64,000 nucleotides of DNA, taken from NCBI GenBank assembly GCA_010093605.1, contig MU004183.1, forward strand, positions 806,001-870,000, given 5' to 3'. The stretch is from Lophium mytilinum (Eukaryota). The notes under the pieces are model-generated. The model did not search any database. It was not told the DNA's origin and saw only the letters and a program-made list of their open reading frames with translations. Shown here piece after piece: positions 26,748-42,037 of this stretch (positions are counted from its first letter, which is position 1; each line of letters opens with the position of its first letter). Made by a program: the position numbers and the translations under genes.

Positions 26748-27705
26748 ATTGCAGTGCAACAAAAATAATGTCCGTTGGCCTGGAGCCTTGATGGCTCCAT
26801 GGGAAGACGAGAGAGAAAGAGGTGGTAGACAGACTGATCGCACAAAATGATGAACGAGAATGATGGAAATGCTTATACCCAAACGACGGCACGGGGCGGG
26901 ACGACTCATTAGTGGTGTTTTTTTGCTCTTCTTTCGTTTTTCAGCACGCGCATCATGATACCACTTGCAGCGAGCGACAGAGTGTACGCTCTTTAGCTCC
27001 GATAAGATACCCCTGCATCTTTGATTCTTCTGGTTCGGGTGGTAATGAGGATGGTAATGGGATTGGAGTAAGTGATGATAGGTTGTGCGTTACCTATGAT
27101 GGAAGTGGGAGTGGGGCAGGAGTAGAAGCAGATATAGAAAAGCTGCGATATTTTAACGTAACGCGATCATTGCGTGTGTGTGTGATACGATGTGTTATTT
27201 CGCATATATATTGACCTGTGATTCCGATGGAAAGGAAATGGTTGGGAGGTGAGTTGGCCGCCGATGTGCTTATGCTACTCATGCTACTCGTCTGGCCGGA
27301 AGTTACTCCGCCGCCCCAATTGGAGGAAGTGCTGTTCAGCTGTTCCCAGGTTCCCTGATACGTAATACCCTTGCCACACCTTTGAAAAGATGGCATGATC
27401 CTGCTGCCTTTCTAGTATGCCTTCAGGCCAGAGAATGCTAGTGATCCTAGATCTGGTTCTAGCAACGCTAGCGGCACATCTGCAACCACTTCTACGGTAC
27501 CGAATGTACAACTAAACTTTAGGGACAGCACATCTGAGACATTCTATGAAGCACGTAGACGCATACGTCTAGGTAAGGAATGCCTCCTTGCTCTGCTGCA
27601 AAGGGTGCATTAGTGTGAGATTGAATACTAAGCAGGGGTGAGCTTCTTACTGGGACTGAAATCATTCTGATAGTGGAGTCAATTCGTTTACTCAACTAGC
27701 TTTCT

Positions 27706-28612
27706 TCACGCCGCATCTCTACGAGCTTGCAGTCGGCCTCTCGTACTAGCACGAGCGAGGCCACTTGCACGTGTGCCACGGACAGGGATACCACCCCCAC
27801 GGCGGGAGGTGCGTGGTGCAGGCGCTGGAGTGGTGAATTTGCTAGCGGTCTTTGAAGAGGGTGGATTGTCAACGAAGGAGGTATCGTTTGTGCTACAAAT
27901 ACATTAGTCTTAACTTGGTGGTGGGTTATCCAGAACCAGTGATTGGATCTTGGTGATCGACCCAATGGCAGTAATTATATTTTTGAGAAGAAAAGTTGAG
28001 TTCAGTAGGGAGACTTACAGGAAGGTGGCTTCTGGATCGTGTTCACGCGGTGGGGGGCCTGACATGGTGAAGGACGCGTTTAAGGCAGCTTGTTTCTGTG
28101 CTTGCTTGAAAGACTCAGGGACGGGTGCCTGTGCGAACTGTTAGTTGTACTCTCTCGACTGATAATACTGACTTTGGTTGTCCATCCGCTGTCTGAAAAC
28201 TCCCGACTGGAGGAGCTTAAACGGTGCCAATTTGACTGTCAAATCCCCCGGTTGTTTGCTTGCGTTATGTTTATCTTACCTCCGGAAAGTCCACACAGAA
28301 AGCATTCATGTTCATTCCGTAGAGGAATCCCGCAAAGCTTTCGCTGAACCGCGCCAAGCTCTCGTGCATGAGCTGGAGATGCATGAAGTTGTTTTCTAGA
28401 TCGGCCATTGAATCTGATAGGTCTGCGAAGGCGGGCTCGAGTGCGTCTAGAGGCGTGGCAGTGTTGTATGGTCCCGTAGCGCGTTGAGTCGACTCTCGGA
28501 GGGAGGACCGTGAGGAGGGTCGGAGAGGCGTCTGGGAACGAGAAGGGGGTCTGGAACGCGAGCCAGAGCGGCGGCCTGACGAAGGCTCATTCTGAGGCGT
28601 TGTGGAGGTCAT
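27706..28612 (-). CDS. DAM1: DASH complex subunit Dam1; exons 28612-28280, 28128-28019, 27892-27706
   Basis: Core FADLSDSMADLENNFMHLQLMHESLARFSESFAGFLYGMNMNAFCVDFPEAP and C-terminal ATFLTNDTSFVDNPP followed by an Arg/Gly-rich tail. Confidence 0.9.
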
Positions 28613-29271
28613 GGCGCGAATGAGGCTTTCTTGGTGCCTATAACAAAACTGATGGGCGTATGCTATCTTGAGCCGTGCGTGAGGTTGGGTAGGTACTCAA
28701 TCGTGTCGCGACGAGAGTCAATTGCTAGTTTTCGAATAGTTTCGATGGGCGTATCGCGTCGTCGAAGTGTTGTTGCAATCGGGGGTAGGAGGTATGTGGG
28801 GGCTGTAAAGCAGATGGTAGCGTGGTGTTTTGGGGACGCGCTTCGGGAGACAAACCGAAGCCTTACGCAGCCCTATGCAGACTAGCGAGGCGATTTATGC
28901 CCAATAATGACGATGCCGTCCGATTATTCACCGGAAGTCGGCTGTCGGTCGGGCTGGGGCGCAGAGAGATCCCCCACTACGTCTGCTGCAAGATCGCATC
29001 CATCCGCCTGGAAGAGAATCGCCGCCCGGAGATTTGTACAGTACCTGCCCACCGTGCCATCATCTCCTTCTGTCCTTCTGTTCATACCCAGGTACATACA
29101 AAGGTAGTTCTGCGGCGACAATACCAAGCCCTCAGCCTCTCCGACCCTCCCGGCGCAGTCAGCCCTGCTGTTACCCCGATTTCTACGCCATGGTATAACA
29201 GCCCGTCCTCCTCTCTCCTACTCCTACTCCTACGCTCCTACGCTCCTACGGCCCTACCATACCTCCCCTAC

Positions 29272-31232
<1,961 letters not shown>

Positions 31233-32807
31233 AGTCGCTACTGTCTGTGTATCTGTGAGTATAGCTATCGTGAAGAGGTGGATGCGGATTCGACAGTTTT
31301 GTGTTTTGGCTAGCGCGGCCTAGATTTCTGATAAGGACGATCTAAATATCGGGCGCGGTGCAGATATGTCCAGCGAGGGAGCATGTGTTTGCACGTCGCT
31401 GCCAAATAGCTGCCGGTTAAGGAGCTATTTTTACCTAATGAACGGCATCCAGGACAGAATTTCAGACCCTTTTCCACTCCGAATCAAATGGTGCTTGTCA
31501 TCGTCTCCAATGGATTAACGTATATCCTGCCGAAACAGCAATCTGCGAGGGAGAATCTTCGTCAGATCTCTATACCTTGACAAGCTAGACAGTGTCCTCG
31601 TGTAGCAATGCCGTCTCAACTGGGAAGAATGTACATTTCGTCGACGCAGGCACAACAAACCGAGACGCTGGTGAGCTAGCAACCCCTTGGTGCTTCACAA
31701 GAATGGCGTATAGTCTTCAACAAAACGGGGTGGATCAAACAAGATATCACGGACAGTTTAGTTGCATCTCCAGTGCTTCCGGTGAGGCTCTACCGGGGTT
31801 CATATTTCCTGCATTCGTGATCTTTTGTCTAATACGCGATCTTGTTCTTCTAGAGGTTTCTTGGGAATGAATTGACGTAGCTCATATCAAATGCTCTTGT
31901 AGACGGCAATATGCTGGGCTTGAGCTGGTACGTCACGTGACCATAATGTTCTTTCGGTCTGATGTCCCTTTGTCAGCGGAAATCTACTACCATGCTGAAG
32001 CCCCTTCTTGCAATCCCAACATACAGCTCTTCATTGTAATATCCTTTGCACGAAACGTTGGGTCCTGAGAATCTCCTCAACACGTTGTGCTAATTGGGTA
32101 ATCATGGCCCCCAACTCGAAGGCTGTAGCCGCCAGGCAAGAACCTCGCACAACACCACATTATGCTTTTTACCCCTGTAAATACTTCGCTTCACCACTCC
32201 ATATTAAGGTCTGTCCTAGTTCAGCCCCCATGAGCTCTCGGCCTATGTCATGAATGTTTCAACCCCAGGAAACGAATCCCGCTTCTACTAATAGCACCGC
32301 TCTCAGCCCCGCCGGCTGAGTTGGATACATGGGACCATGTTGGTGGAAGACGGAGGCTCCAACATGCTCGCTAACATTCCCACATAGAGAATAGTCAAGG
32401 CAGCTGCTCTACAGTACACGACTATTCGTCGATCGAGTCCAAACGCTGACCTCGCAGGTCCTACTGCTCCCTGCTCCCTGTCTGTGTCGTTCTACCCGCC
32501 CTGGCGGGTACGAGATTTTCCGACCGTCCAACTTCAGAAATAGGTTTGTTTCATGGCTTCAATCCTTCGCAATCACAGCCATGTCAATTGTCTCCTATGG
32601 CTAGGCAAAGCTCAGGTCGCACCACACAGCGACCTGCTCGCTTTGCACAGCCCATACTGTAGTACCGGAAGTGCACTCAGTCAAAGCTTCTTTAACTATA
32701 AAGATTGTCCAGTTCGGAAAATGCACTGATATAAGACAGCTGCAGCCAAGCTTCATCAAAGGTCATCCAACCTTTTCCAACCTTCAAGGTGCTGCCATGT
32801 TATCAAT

Positions 32808-34779
32808 ATGGCTTTCAACCTCCGTTACTTGGCAGGTGCCGTCGTCACTCTTTTCATGGCCGCTCCTATTTGCGCTTATCCAACATTCATACTTGATGAA
32901 TCCCCAGAACCATTACCGGTCAATCTTACGGCGAGACAAGACGTTGAACCCAGCGCAATTCACTATACCGGATGGCAAGGGTGTGACGGTGGTCAACAAG
33001 ACGCTATTCGAGGGGCGTGGAAGGAGCTGTTGATGCTCGGCAAAGCCAATAATCATGACATAGACTGGACGTCCGAGGTAAATATAATTGCACTTACAGT
33101 CCTAGGCCACAAGTCTAGGCACGGGCTCGCTCCAGTTTGTCCACCCAACACTACTGTTTGGGGTAGCCTAGCTGCTGAGCAGGCAATTAGTCAAGAAGCA
33201 GTCCAGTCTACACTGCTTGAAGCTTGATATCGCCCTTGCGTCTTCAAAACCCCGTGGGGGTACCCCGAGCAGTGGCGTACCAGTGTGCCCAGACTTGTGG
33301 CCTGTCACTGTACGGTGTAATCCAAATCCGCTAACTAAGTGACACTATAGGCTGCGCGTGATCTTCTTGGGTCCGAACATAACAATGAGGAGTTCCAAAC
33401 TGAGATTCAAAGTACGTCGCCTAACTATTCTTATCCTCCGAGATTTGTGCCCTGCCACTGGAATACTCTAGCTAACAATACCAATCAGACATTTTGAAGA
33501 ACATCGTGACCTGGACAGACGACGGAACATTCCTATCGTGGCAGCTTGAAGTTCGCTGTGATGACTATCTGCGGCGCTCTGAACTAAGCTGCCCATATAT
33601 TGTAAAGCCGGAAGACGAAACAAAATGTACGTGTAGGCTGACGAGAGCTAAAGGTCCAGACAAACTACATAAATCTCGAGTACTAACACTATAACAGGTC
33701 ACAGCAGATGCTGGCAGGCAATAACGTTCAGAAACGCCAATGGCCAGACAGAAGTCGCTAGATGGATTCCCCGTGCGGCAGCATACACCACGAATCACAA
33801 CGCCATTGAAGTCGCTACGATCAATTGGTGTCCGAGTTTCTTCAACTTGCCCACTTGTGTGGATCAAGCGGCGAAAACAATCGCTGCATATCCCGCAGGA
33901 TCCCAGGATAGGTTGGATCTGAATAACTACCAATGCCGCGGATATGTGGCACTACACGAGCTATTCCACATCGATAGCATGTCACATCGCGTTGCGTACG
34001 CGGTCAACCATGTATATGATCGTAATATCAGAATCAAGAATCCCGTCACGGATCAATTGATTACTGTTCAGGCATATGGCCCTCAATACACAAGAACATT
34101 AGCTCGATGGACTATCAGGACGGGATGGTGGGTGGTTACCAACGGTACGTCACTGGATTCAGCCAAATATGCACTTTCATATACTGACTGAGCAACAGCC
34201 GATAACCTTGCTCAGTACTGCTTAGCAGTATGGGCCACGTCAGGAGCTGGAGACTACCCTCGCTACCCACAAGTGAAAGACATAGATAGACCGGTCACAA
34301 GCCCAAGCTCGTTCGGCGTGGATAACGACAACGGCATTATCAGCTTGATTAACGACCCTACTGGCGCAACGTTAGGGCCCCTTCTCAACGTCGCTCCAGA
34401 GGACGCGTACGATGCTTTTGCCGCCGGAGAACTCAGCTGCAGCGACGCGGGCTGGGACAACAGCACCACCGCACCTTGGGTCGACCCTTGCAATGGCGAC
34501 CCCGATAACACGGATATCGACCTCGACTCTACCCCAATCAACAGCAGCCCGACCACAACGCCGGTCCCGGTGTCGACGCCAACGTCGACTTCCGCCCCAC
34601 AGCCGACTGACTTCAACTGCAACTGTGGCGAGAGTGGGTGCTCGGCGGATAGCATGCCGTGCTGTGCGAACGGCAGCTGTGCGTGCCATTGCGGAGAGAG
34701 CGGGTGTGATGCCGGGGATCCAACGTGCTGTGCTAATGGGTCGTGTGCGCCGTTGCCTGCGAGGATGAGGTTTATGTGA
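32808..34779 (+). CDS. Secreted HEXXH zinc metallopeptidase-like protein (M35/zincin-like) with tandem Cys-rich C-terminal modules; exons 32808-33077, 33351-33411, 33489-33626, 33698-34144, 34199-34779
   Basis: Signal peptide; INWCPSFF, ALHELFHID, AYGP, and spliced NADNLAQY. Thr/Pro linker followed by CNCGESGCSADSMPCCANGSC and CHCGESGCDAGDPTCCANGSC. Confidence 0.8.
33097..33310. mobile_element. 214-bp non-autonomous MITE (Tc1/mariner-like) in intron 1 of the metallopeptidase gene
   Basis: TA on both flanks (33095-96, 33311-12). Terminal inverted repeats CAGTcctAGGCCACAAGTCTaGGCAC and GTGCCcAGACTTGTGGCCTgtcACTG match at 22 of 26 positions. No transposase. Confidence 0.8.
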
Positions 34780-34949
34780 AGTTAACTACAAAACAATGGA
34801 TCGGATACTCTCTATATCGTTTGCTGAAGTTTCTATATGTAGATCATCGAGTACAGTACTACAATCAATTTTCATATAATAGCTGGAGTGGAGTTCGATG
34901 CTACTTCTCTGATCACCGCCTCACCACTATCACTCTTCCATACCAACCC

Positions 34950-35878
34950 CTAAAACTGCGTGAACTTAACATGATGCATCTCAATACCCTCCGACCCCGC
35001 CCTCAAAGCCTCCACCGCCTCCTTAAACACCTCCGTCGTGCGGAACGCCATATGCGCGTCCAGACTCTCCCACCCAATCACGCCCACAAACACCTTCGCG
35101 TCCCCTTCCGCCGGCGGAACCTCTTCCACGCTCCATCCTCCTACAAGCGCCAGCGCACCGTCTGCCTTGTCCCCAAATGACTTGAACTTTGCGAAGCTGG
35201 CGTTGGCGTCGTCTTCCGAGATCGAGGCAGGGTAGGTGAGGGTGACCACTTCAGCAATGGGCACGCTGACGGCGGTAGAGAAGGCTTCGCCTTGGAAGCG
35301 GGACAAGATGTTGATTTTTGGGGGGCCGCCGACGATGGTGCCTAGGGTGGTTCTGAAGCCTGGGTAGGCGGCTGAGTTGATGAAGGTTTGGAAGTCGGAG
35401 GCCTGTCTCCAGTCTGTGGGGTGTGTTAGAGGGGGCCATGACGTAGGGAAGTTGGTTGGGTAGAGCGGTCTGGTATTGCTTTGGGGGGAGGGCATTGTCA
35501 TTGCGTCTGGAAGTGATCGGTACTGTGTAGATGAAGGTGTTCTTGAGTGATAGGCCGCATGTGATATTCTAGCAGGCTGGCCAAACCGGTTGAGGCGTTT
35601 TGTCCAGATCTTTTGAATTCACCCCAAGGAGTAAGATCGCAAAGACGTTCACATCGACTACTGTAAAGGCAATTTTGGTAGAAGTAGAAGAACAACTCAC
35701 CAACGCTCAACTCCAAGACCTCTGGGTGCTCGACCTGCGTTCCCCAGAAGACCTTCTGCGCTCCCTCTGCTTCACTCAAGGCCTTGAGCGCAGATTCCAA
35801 TGCCGTTTTGTACTCCCCGGATCCAAGATCAATCCCCGCCTTCAATGGCAGAGTCACTTTTTCGGCTGCTTGCGTCAT
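34950..35878 (-). CDS. Tandem ABM (dimeric alpha-beta barrel) monooxygenase-like protein; exons 35878-35701, 35413-34950
   Basis: GAQKVFWGTQVEHPE..DW and GGWSVE..VGVIGWESLDAHMAFRTT motifs. One 287-nt GT-AG intron. Confidence 0.8.
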
Positions 35879-36706
35879 CTTCTTTGCGTATAGCGGAACT
35901 GAAATAAATCTCGGAGATAGTCGTCGTTGTTTGTGAGCTGTTCAGAGTGATAGCTAAGCGTGCGTGACGAGGAAGTCCGAAGCTTTATACAAAGTCACTG
36001 CAAGGATGAGAATAAGTCAGCTTATTTAGCGGTGTGCTCGCGTTTGTCTTGATGCTGATTCGGGTTGGGTGTGTTTCTCGGAACTCCACCCAAATGCCCT
36101 TCTCGTCTTGGTATCTCCGAGTCTGAGGACGCCTGACGACTTGGCGGGGTATCGGGCGGAAGCGGGGTTCCATCGAGTGTTACAGCTCTCAACGATCACA
36201 CAGCGTCTTGGGGTTCAGCTAGTCAGCGAGGATTGATAAACAGCTCCATTTATATGGCAGCAGGTACTTTTTCGGGGATATCTCTATCAATCTTCTCCGT
36301 CCTGCCGTTCACACCCGAACATTGAGGTTACGTTAAAGAACCGAGTTGACCGACGAAGCCGGTGGATACTCCTGCCACACGCCCTGTTGTTTGATTGTTT
36401 CACACGGCTCTCCTGTCAATTAGATGTTTACGGGTGGACGAGGTTGCTTCGATATATATGTTTACCTTGATTTGAATGAGATGTATGGAAATTAGGCTTA
36501 GATGGTATTGAGAGATGTATAACAAAAGACGATCGCACTACTGGATAAGAACCAATGGGTATGAATCAACCGTATAAAAGAAACATTCACTCGCAGTCCA
36601 ATACTCTCCAACTCACTCACAGGAGTCAAATGGAAAGGTGCCTAATCGCCAAGCATTCCTCTCTGACCTCGCAAAGGCTAGCCAACATATATCCCACAAC
36701 CCCTCT

Positions 36707-37671
36707 CTACTCCCTCCCCCTCCCCATAACCAAATCCTCACACGCCTCTGTCTCTCGATGCTCATGATACAACCGACACCTCGCCCCTTTCCACGGCCTA
36801 CACGTCCCCGTCTCAAATCCCGCTTTCCCCTCCCCCCTCTGCAAACACCTCAAACAATACACCTTAACACAGCTCACACACGCGCTCGCCCTAGCCCCCG
36901 GCTCCAGCACCCGCGAGCACTCATCGCACGCCTTGGTGACTTGCCACGACACCGGCCGCCACAACTGCAGTGAGTGCCGCAGCAGCGACGCGGCGCACGG
37001 CCGCTTGAGGTACACTGTTAAGTCACGCAAGAAGAGCTGGTGCCAGTCATCCGGGTGCTCAGCAAGGAGCTTGTCCGTCTTCTTGAAGGCGAAGAGGTCG
37101 ATGACCAGGGCACGAAGGGGCGCGTTATCCCTAATTTCCTCGTACAGGATGCGCGTGTCTGACGGCGTGAGGACCGAGTTGGTCTGCTCGGCGAGGTCGG
37201 AGATCTGGTCGATGGTTTGATTGCGCAGGGCCTCGAGAGCGAGGCGGTCCGCGAGAGCGTAGAGGTTGAGAAGCGTGTAATAGGCGGGCTTGCCGTCTTT
37301 GAAGAAGACGAGCGGGTCGAGCTGCGAGGTGTACAGCCACCCGACGCACAGCTCGAAGATGGCTGGGTTCTCGGCGGGCAGCTTGACCGTTTGCGAGATG
37401 CTCTCCGCGAAGGAGCCGTTCAGCGCTGCCGTGAAGAAGGGTGAGTGGTGGGTCAACAGCTCGCGATGCACCAAGAACCGCGTCTCCTTTGGCCCTACGA
37501 AGATTTCTGCCATGGTCGTAAAGGTCTTGAAATTTGTCCTGCATGATGTGGTTGGTCAGTCTGGGATCGATGGCATCCCTAGCGTAGGCACTCTTACACG
37601 AGGGAGAATCGCTGCGACGACGTCCCGGCCTGGGAGTACGGCGGCGGGAGAGGTATGGAGCCTAATGTCAT
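36707..37671 (-). CDS. BTB/POZ-domain protein with C-terminal Cys-rich putative zinc finger; short first exon from 37671
   Basis: IFVGPKETRFLVHRELLTHHSPFF..F.ES..V.LP..F..WLY..LYALADRL. C-terminal CDEC/CVSC/CLRC. An upstream exon (MTLGSIPLPPPY) splices in frame through a GTAAGA..CTGAC..CAG intron. Confidence 0.85.
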
Positions 37672-38486
37672 TTCGAAACGACTTGTAGATCTCAGCTTGA
37701 TGTAGGTAGCCTTGTACCACCTGGGTATGCAAGGTACGCGTGTGTCTCGTGGTCAAAAAGATGATGGGCTTCTTCGGCCAATCTCAGCAAATGAGGGTAG
37801 CAATAACGAGTAAGCTGAGAGCAGTAGACAGAAGAGTCTCAAAGTCGAGGTTATTCAAATGTGAAAGTGAACGCTCGAGACTCGTGAGAATCGGAAAGTG
37901 AAGGTCGTCACAAAGACGGCTGCACCCGGATAATTTGGGCAGCGTGAATGCGACAACGGAGTGAAGGACTCTTGACAGCAAGCCAATAGCAAATCTTTTT
38001 ACCTCTTTAGAGACCTACCTGGATGTGGCGGTTGGGTGGAGATTTCTTTGTTCAAGCTGTTGGCAGTCTGCAAACACAGCGGTCCGAAAGCGGCACGCTA
38101 AACACATTCCTGAAACGAAAACCTTTGGAACGTCTTTGAATAGCATCGATAGGCTAATCCACGCATTAATTGCTACGAGACATTTGAAACTCCGGTTTGC
38201 AAAGACTCGTTTGCTAACCTCCGATAAAGAAATTTCAGAGATGCCTGAGAATTCAAGATTCCCAAAACTGTGGCTGTATCGTGCATAGCTCCCACCTGAG
38301 TTTCCAGTTCCCGAATAAAGTAGAATACAACATAGAAGTATAAGAGACCTTAGACCCCCTGACCCATGCTTTTGAATCGCAACCGTCGAAAATACTCTTG
38401 ACCTTGCAATGTCCGATATGAGCAAGTGCTAGTCCACGAAAGATGGGAGCTTGATCTCGTCTCATCTGCTGTCAGCAAATGCTATC

Positions 38487-40068
38487 TCAAATTCTGTGTT
38501 TCTCACTCTCTGTTGTCAAGTTAGCATCAATTTAGTTCATCGGGTGCGGTGGACGAGCCTAGCCTGGAATAGAGCATATAGAGCGCCATCTGGTTGCATT
38601 CCTGCGTGCCGGTGATCGTCACCAGCCTCTCGTTGCTATTGTCCTGCGGTTCGTTGATCTTGATGACACTGCCGCTCAGCGATCTGATCTCGTTGATCTT
38701 CGCGCCGCCTTTACCAATGATTGCGCCGACCATGTCGTTGGGAATGAAGATCTGCTGGGTCATAGGTTGTCCGGGCATAGCGCCACCAACTTGTGGGGTT
38801 GGAGGTCCTGCGTGACCACCGGGCTGAGCAGCATGTCCACCATACTGAGCTGGCTGCTGTGGACCGACGCCAGCGTAAGGCTGCTGGGCACGAGCCGGCG
38901 ACCCAGCTGCGTAGTGCATGGGGAGCTGGCCTGCTTGCTGAGGAGGCTGACCATGTACGTACGGCATGCCATATTGGGCAGGAGCGCGTTGTGGCTGACT
39001 GTTATGCTTGCGAAACTGATCTGGGGCGCCCCATTGACCGCCAGCAGGCTGAGGAACGTAAGGGACTACTTGCATGCCACCTGGAACAACTCCTGCTGGT
39101 CCACCGGTGCGAGTAGCATATGCGGAGGCAGCAGGACCGCCGAATCTCTCCGTGAGCTGCTCGACCAGAGTGCTTCCAACATAGTATGTCGCAATGTGAA
39201 CAGCGTCAGCAACTCCAAGCACAACAAGTGAACGCTCGCTAGACAAGGGAAGGCAAGAGTCAGAGGCGTTAAGGCGTGCCCCAGAGGCTTCTTGGATCTC
39301 GCGAATACGAACGCCAGCCTTGCCGATGATAGAACCGATGAGAATGTGGGGTATGAGGAGTCGAAGGGGATAGGTCTTGGATTGAGGAGTGGAGGGAGAT
39401 TCGACGTCTTCGTTGTTCAACGTACGAATGATAAGGCCGAATGCCTGACTAATTAGCAAGTGGGCACAGAGTATATGGTCGTCGATTCATACCTTTGCAA
39501 CAGCGTCCACCATACCGCTCACGGTCAGGATTCGCTCCACTGCTCCTCGAGAGTAGTCGCTGACGGTGCACTTGGCTCCGGACATCTTGCGAATTAGTGT
39601 GACGTTCTCACCGCCCTTCCCAATGACAGTAGCTGCCTCGGCGCTCGAGATGATGGCGCGGAGATGGAGCCATCCGGACTCGTCCTGGTGCCCTGGTCCC
39701 TGAGAGCTTGCTCGGCCGTTGGCGCCGGATGTCGATTGGATGGGCTGCGTGTTGAGGACCTCGGAGGCCGACGGGGCGTCCGGCACCAGGGTGTCGCCTT
39801 CGAGATCTTTGGTTCCATTCTGGTGCTTAGTTTCCTCCTCTTTGGTCTCTGCCTTGACCTCGTCCTTCACGTCCTCCGTCTTGAATGGCTCCTGCACAGC
39901 TCCTGCATGCTCAGAAGACTCCAGGATGTCAGGATCGGCGTCGTTGTTAACCATCTTGTCGAGGGCTGGGCGCTTGGCGTCCGGCTGGTCGCCAGGTCCG
40001 GATGGGGAAGACGGCTCCTCTAGAGGGCGCTTGGTCGACGGCGCAGCAGTGGTTGGTGAGGCGGACAT
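38487..40068 (-). CDS. Triple KH-domain RNA-binding protein (Rnc1/Pbp2-like); exons 40068-39493, 39444-38559, 38509-38487
   Basis: Three GxxG loops (VIGKGG, IIGKAG, IIGKGG) and a Gln/Pro/Gly-rich linker. The last exon requires a GC-AG intron. Confidence 0.9.
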
Positions 40069-40926
40069 GGTTGCTGGGTACCTGCTGTATCAAATAAGGG
40101 ACTTAAGAGGTCTTCACGTTGGCCTTGTTTAGCCTGGGGCTGCCCAAATGAAAGTCGGTCGCAATTCGTTCGTATTGTTATCGATTATGTACAGCGGAGG
40201 TGGGCTGTCCAAGGAAAACTTGCTGGTGCAGGCGATCGGAATAGGGGCGGCTGTGGTGATGGAGGAATGAGGTGAAGGACGGTCGCCGCGGATTGTACGG
40301 GTGCTGTGCAGGGCGAGGGTGGTGGAGAGAGGACGCCTTCTCAGTGATCGAGAAGTAGCCGGGGATTGTGACGATGATGGAAGCGGTAGTGGAGCAAAAG
40401 AGGAGTGTTGTTGGAGGAGCGTGGTGTAGAATAAATTGCCTTCAGTACTGAAAAGTGGAAGCTCTCGCCGCTCAAACCTTTGGACCTTCACGACTCCCGT
40501 GCTGTTGACAACAAAGGCGCCTGCCAAATAGGTGCCGACAAGAGAAAGTAGAGCAGAAGGAGCTGCTGTTAGAGTAGGAGGTGGTGAGGAGGTGATGTAG
40601 GTTGAGGAGAGGAGGAAGGACAGATGCGGAGACCTTCCAAGATTAGGCTAACTTAGCGGCTTGGCGCATGTCACGTGGCTAAATCGTTTCACCTGTTTAG
40701 GATGCGATTCGCGGGCACAATAACAACCTCAGAAGCCGCGGCAGCAGCAGGGCGAGTGCATAGGGGTGCCACAACGACTGTTTTGCCATTCACTTGCTGT
40801 GTTTCGCGAACTGTGCCGTTTGGCTCCTCTTGAACGCTATTATATACCTGCAACCTCGGCTTCCACCACCATTCTACATCCATACACCCCACAAGAGCTT
40901 TCAGATCACTCAAGAGCGTCTTTGAA

Positions 40927-42037
40927 ATGGCGAGTGCTGACGGGACAGCCCTGGAGAACATTCGCGAGTATGCTGTCGAGGCACAAGAGCGGCAGCAGAG
41001 CCAGATGGACCTTGACGCGTCCGATATTGAGACACGTCTGGATGCGACGCTACGGGAGCTTGAGGAACGGGTGAAGCAACATGAAATTGCTCTGGAGGAG
41101 GTAAGACCGTACACAAGTTCCAGTGTTCTCCTGTACAGATTCTTTGACATTTTGGCAGTTACGCGCGGCAACTCCGGACACCTTTCAGACTGCACCCTCA
41201 GGTGATCCACGTCAACGTCTTGCTCAGTTACACATTGTGCAAGATGCATACAAAAGCCTCCGGCCGAATGTGCCGTTCCTCCCGTCTCGCAGTTCCCTAT
41301 TGCCATCTCTTCTAGCGGCCCGTACGATCCAGCATACCGTGTCCGGCACCCAAGCCGCAATCACCGCGACCAAAGAGCAGCTCAAGCACTCCGAGCAGCT
41401 GCTGCGTCAAGAAGAGGGCAACATGCATGACGCAAACCTCATTACCACGGCCATGGCAAATCGCATCGAAAGGCTCCGGGCTCAGAAAGAAGCCAAGTCG
41501 CAAAAGACTCCTCAAGAGGTTGCTAAAGACATGATCGATGCCAAGCAACGCCAGAAAAAAAGATATGACGAGGAGGAGAAGAAGCTAGCTCAAGCGTTTG
41601 AGATCTTCGTCGACGAACAGCTTGCTGGCATGCTAGCGGCCGAGGATCTCGGGGGCCCCGTTGTCGGTGATATGATGGATGTTGACGACGACATGCTCGC
41701 AACAGGGTTCACCCAGCAGGGCAGGTTGAAGACCTCCAAGCAGCAGATTTCTGAACCTAGGAGGCAGAGGCGGCTCGATGAGATATGGGGGGCCAAAGCT
41801 ACGACCGAAGAAGGCGAGCATCTGACCGAGATTGACGCCGCTGGCATAGAGTTTCGAGAACTCATCCAGAAGCTCTTCACTTCTCTGGCTGGGAGTAAAA
41901 GCACGGATGCATATGTCGCACTGGAGAGGGAATCGGCAGCTTCTAGGTTTCTCATAAGAGCAAAAATTGCACAGTTCCATCCAAAGGACGCTCGGAAGTT
42001 GCGATTAATTGACTTTGGGCGGGAGTTGGACGATTGA
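40927..42037 (+). CDS. Centromere protein CENP-K/Sim4-like; exons 40927-41100, 41159-42037
   Basis: Coiled-coil body and C-terminal RFLIRAKIAQFHPKDARKLRLIDF, resembling the CENP-K C-terminus as remembered. Confidence 0.7.

Noticed and set aside
28822..29271. Far upstream extension of the CRAL-TRIO ORF from GTG 28822 or ATG 28897
   Set aside because: It lies in the DAM1-shared promoter region and includes low-complexity CTCCTA repeats, so it is more likely promoter or UTR.
35414..35700. Long intron as a possible snoRNA or MITE host
   Set aside because: No convincing C/D or H/ACA boxes and no terminal inverted repeats were found by eye.
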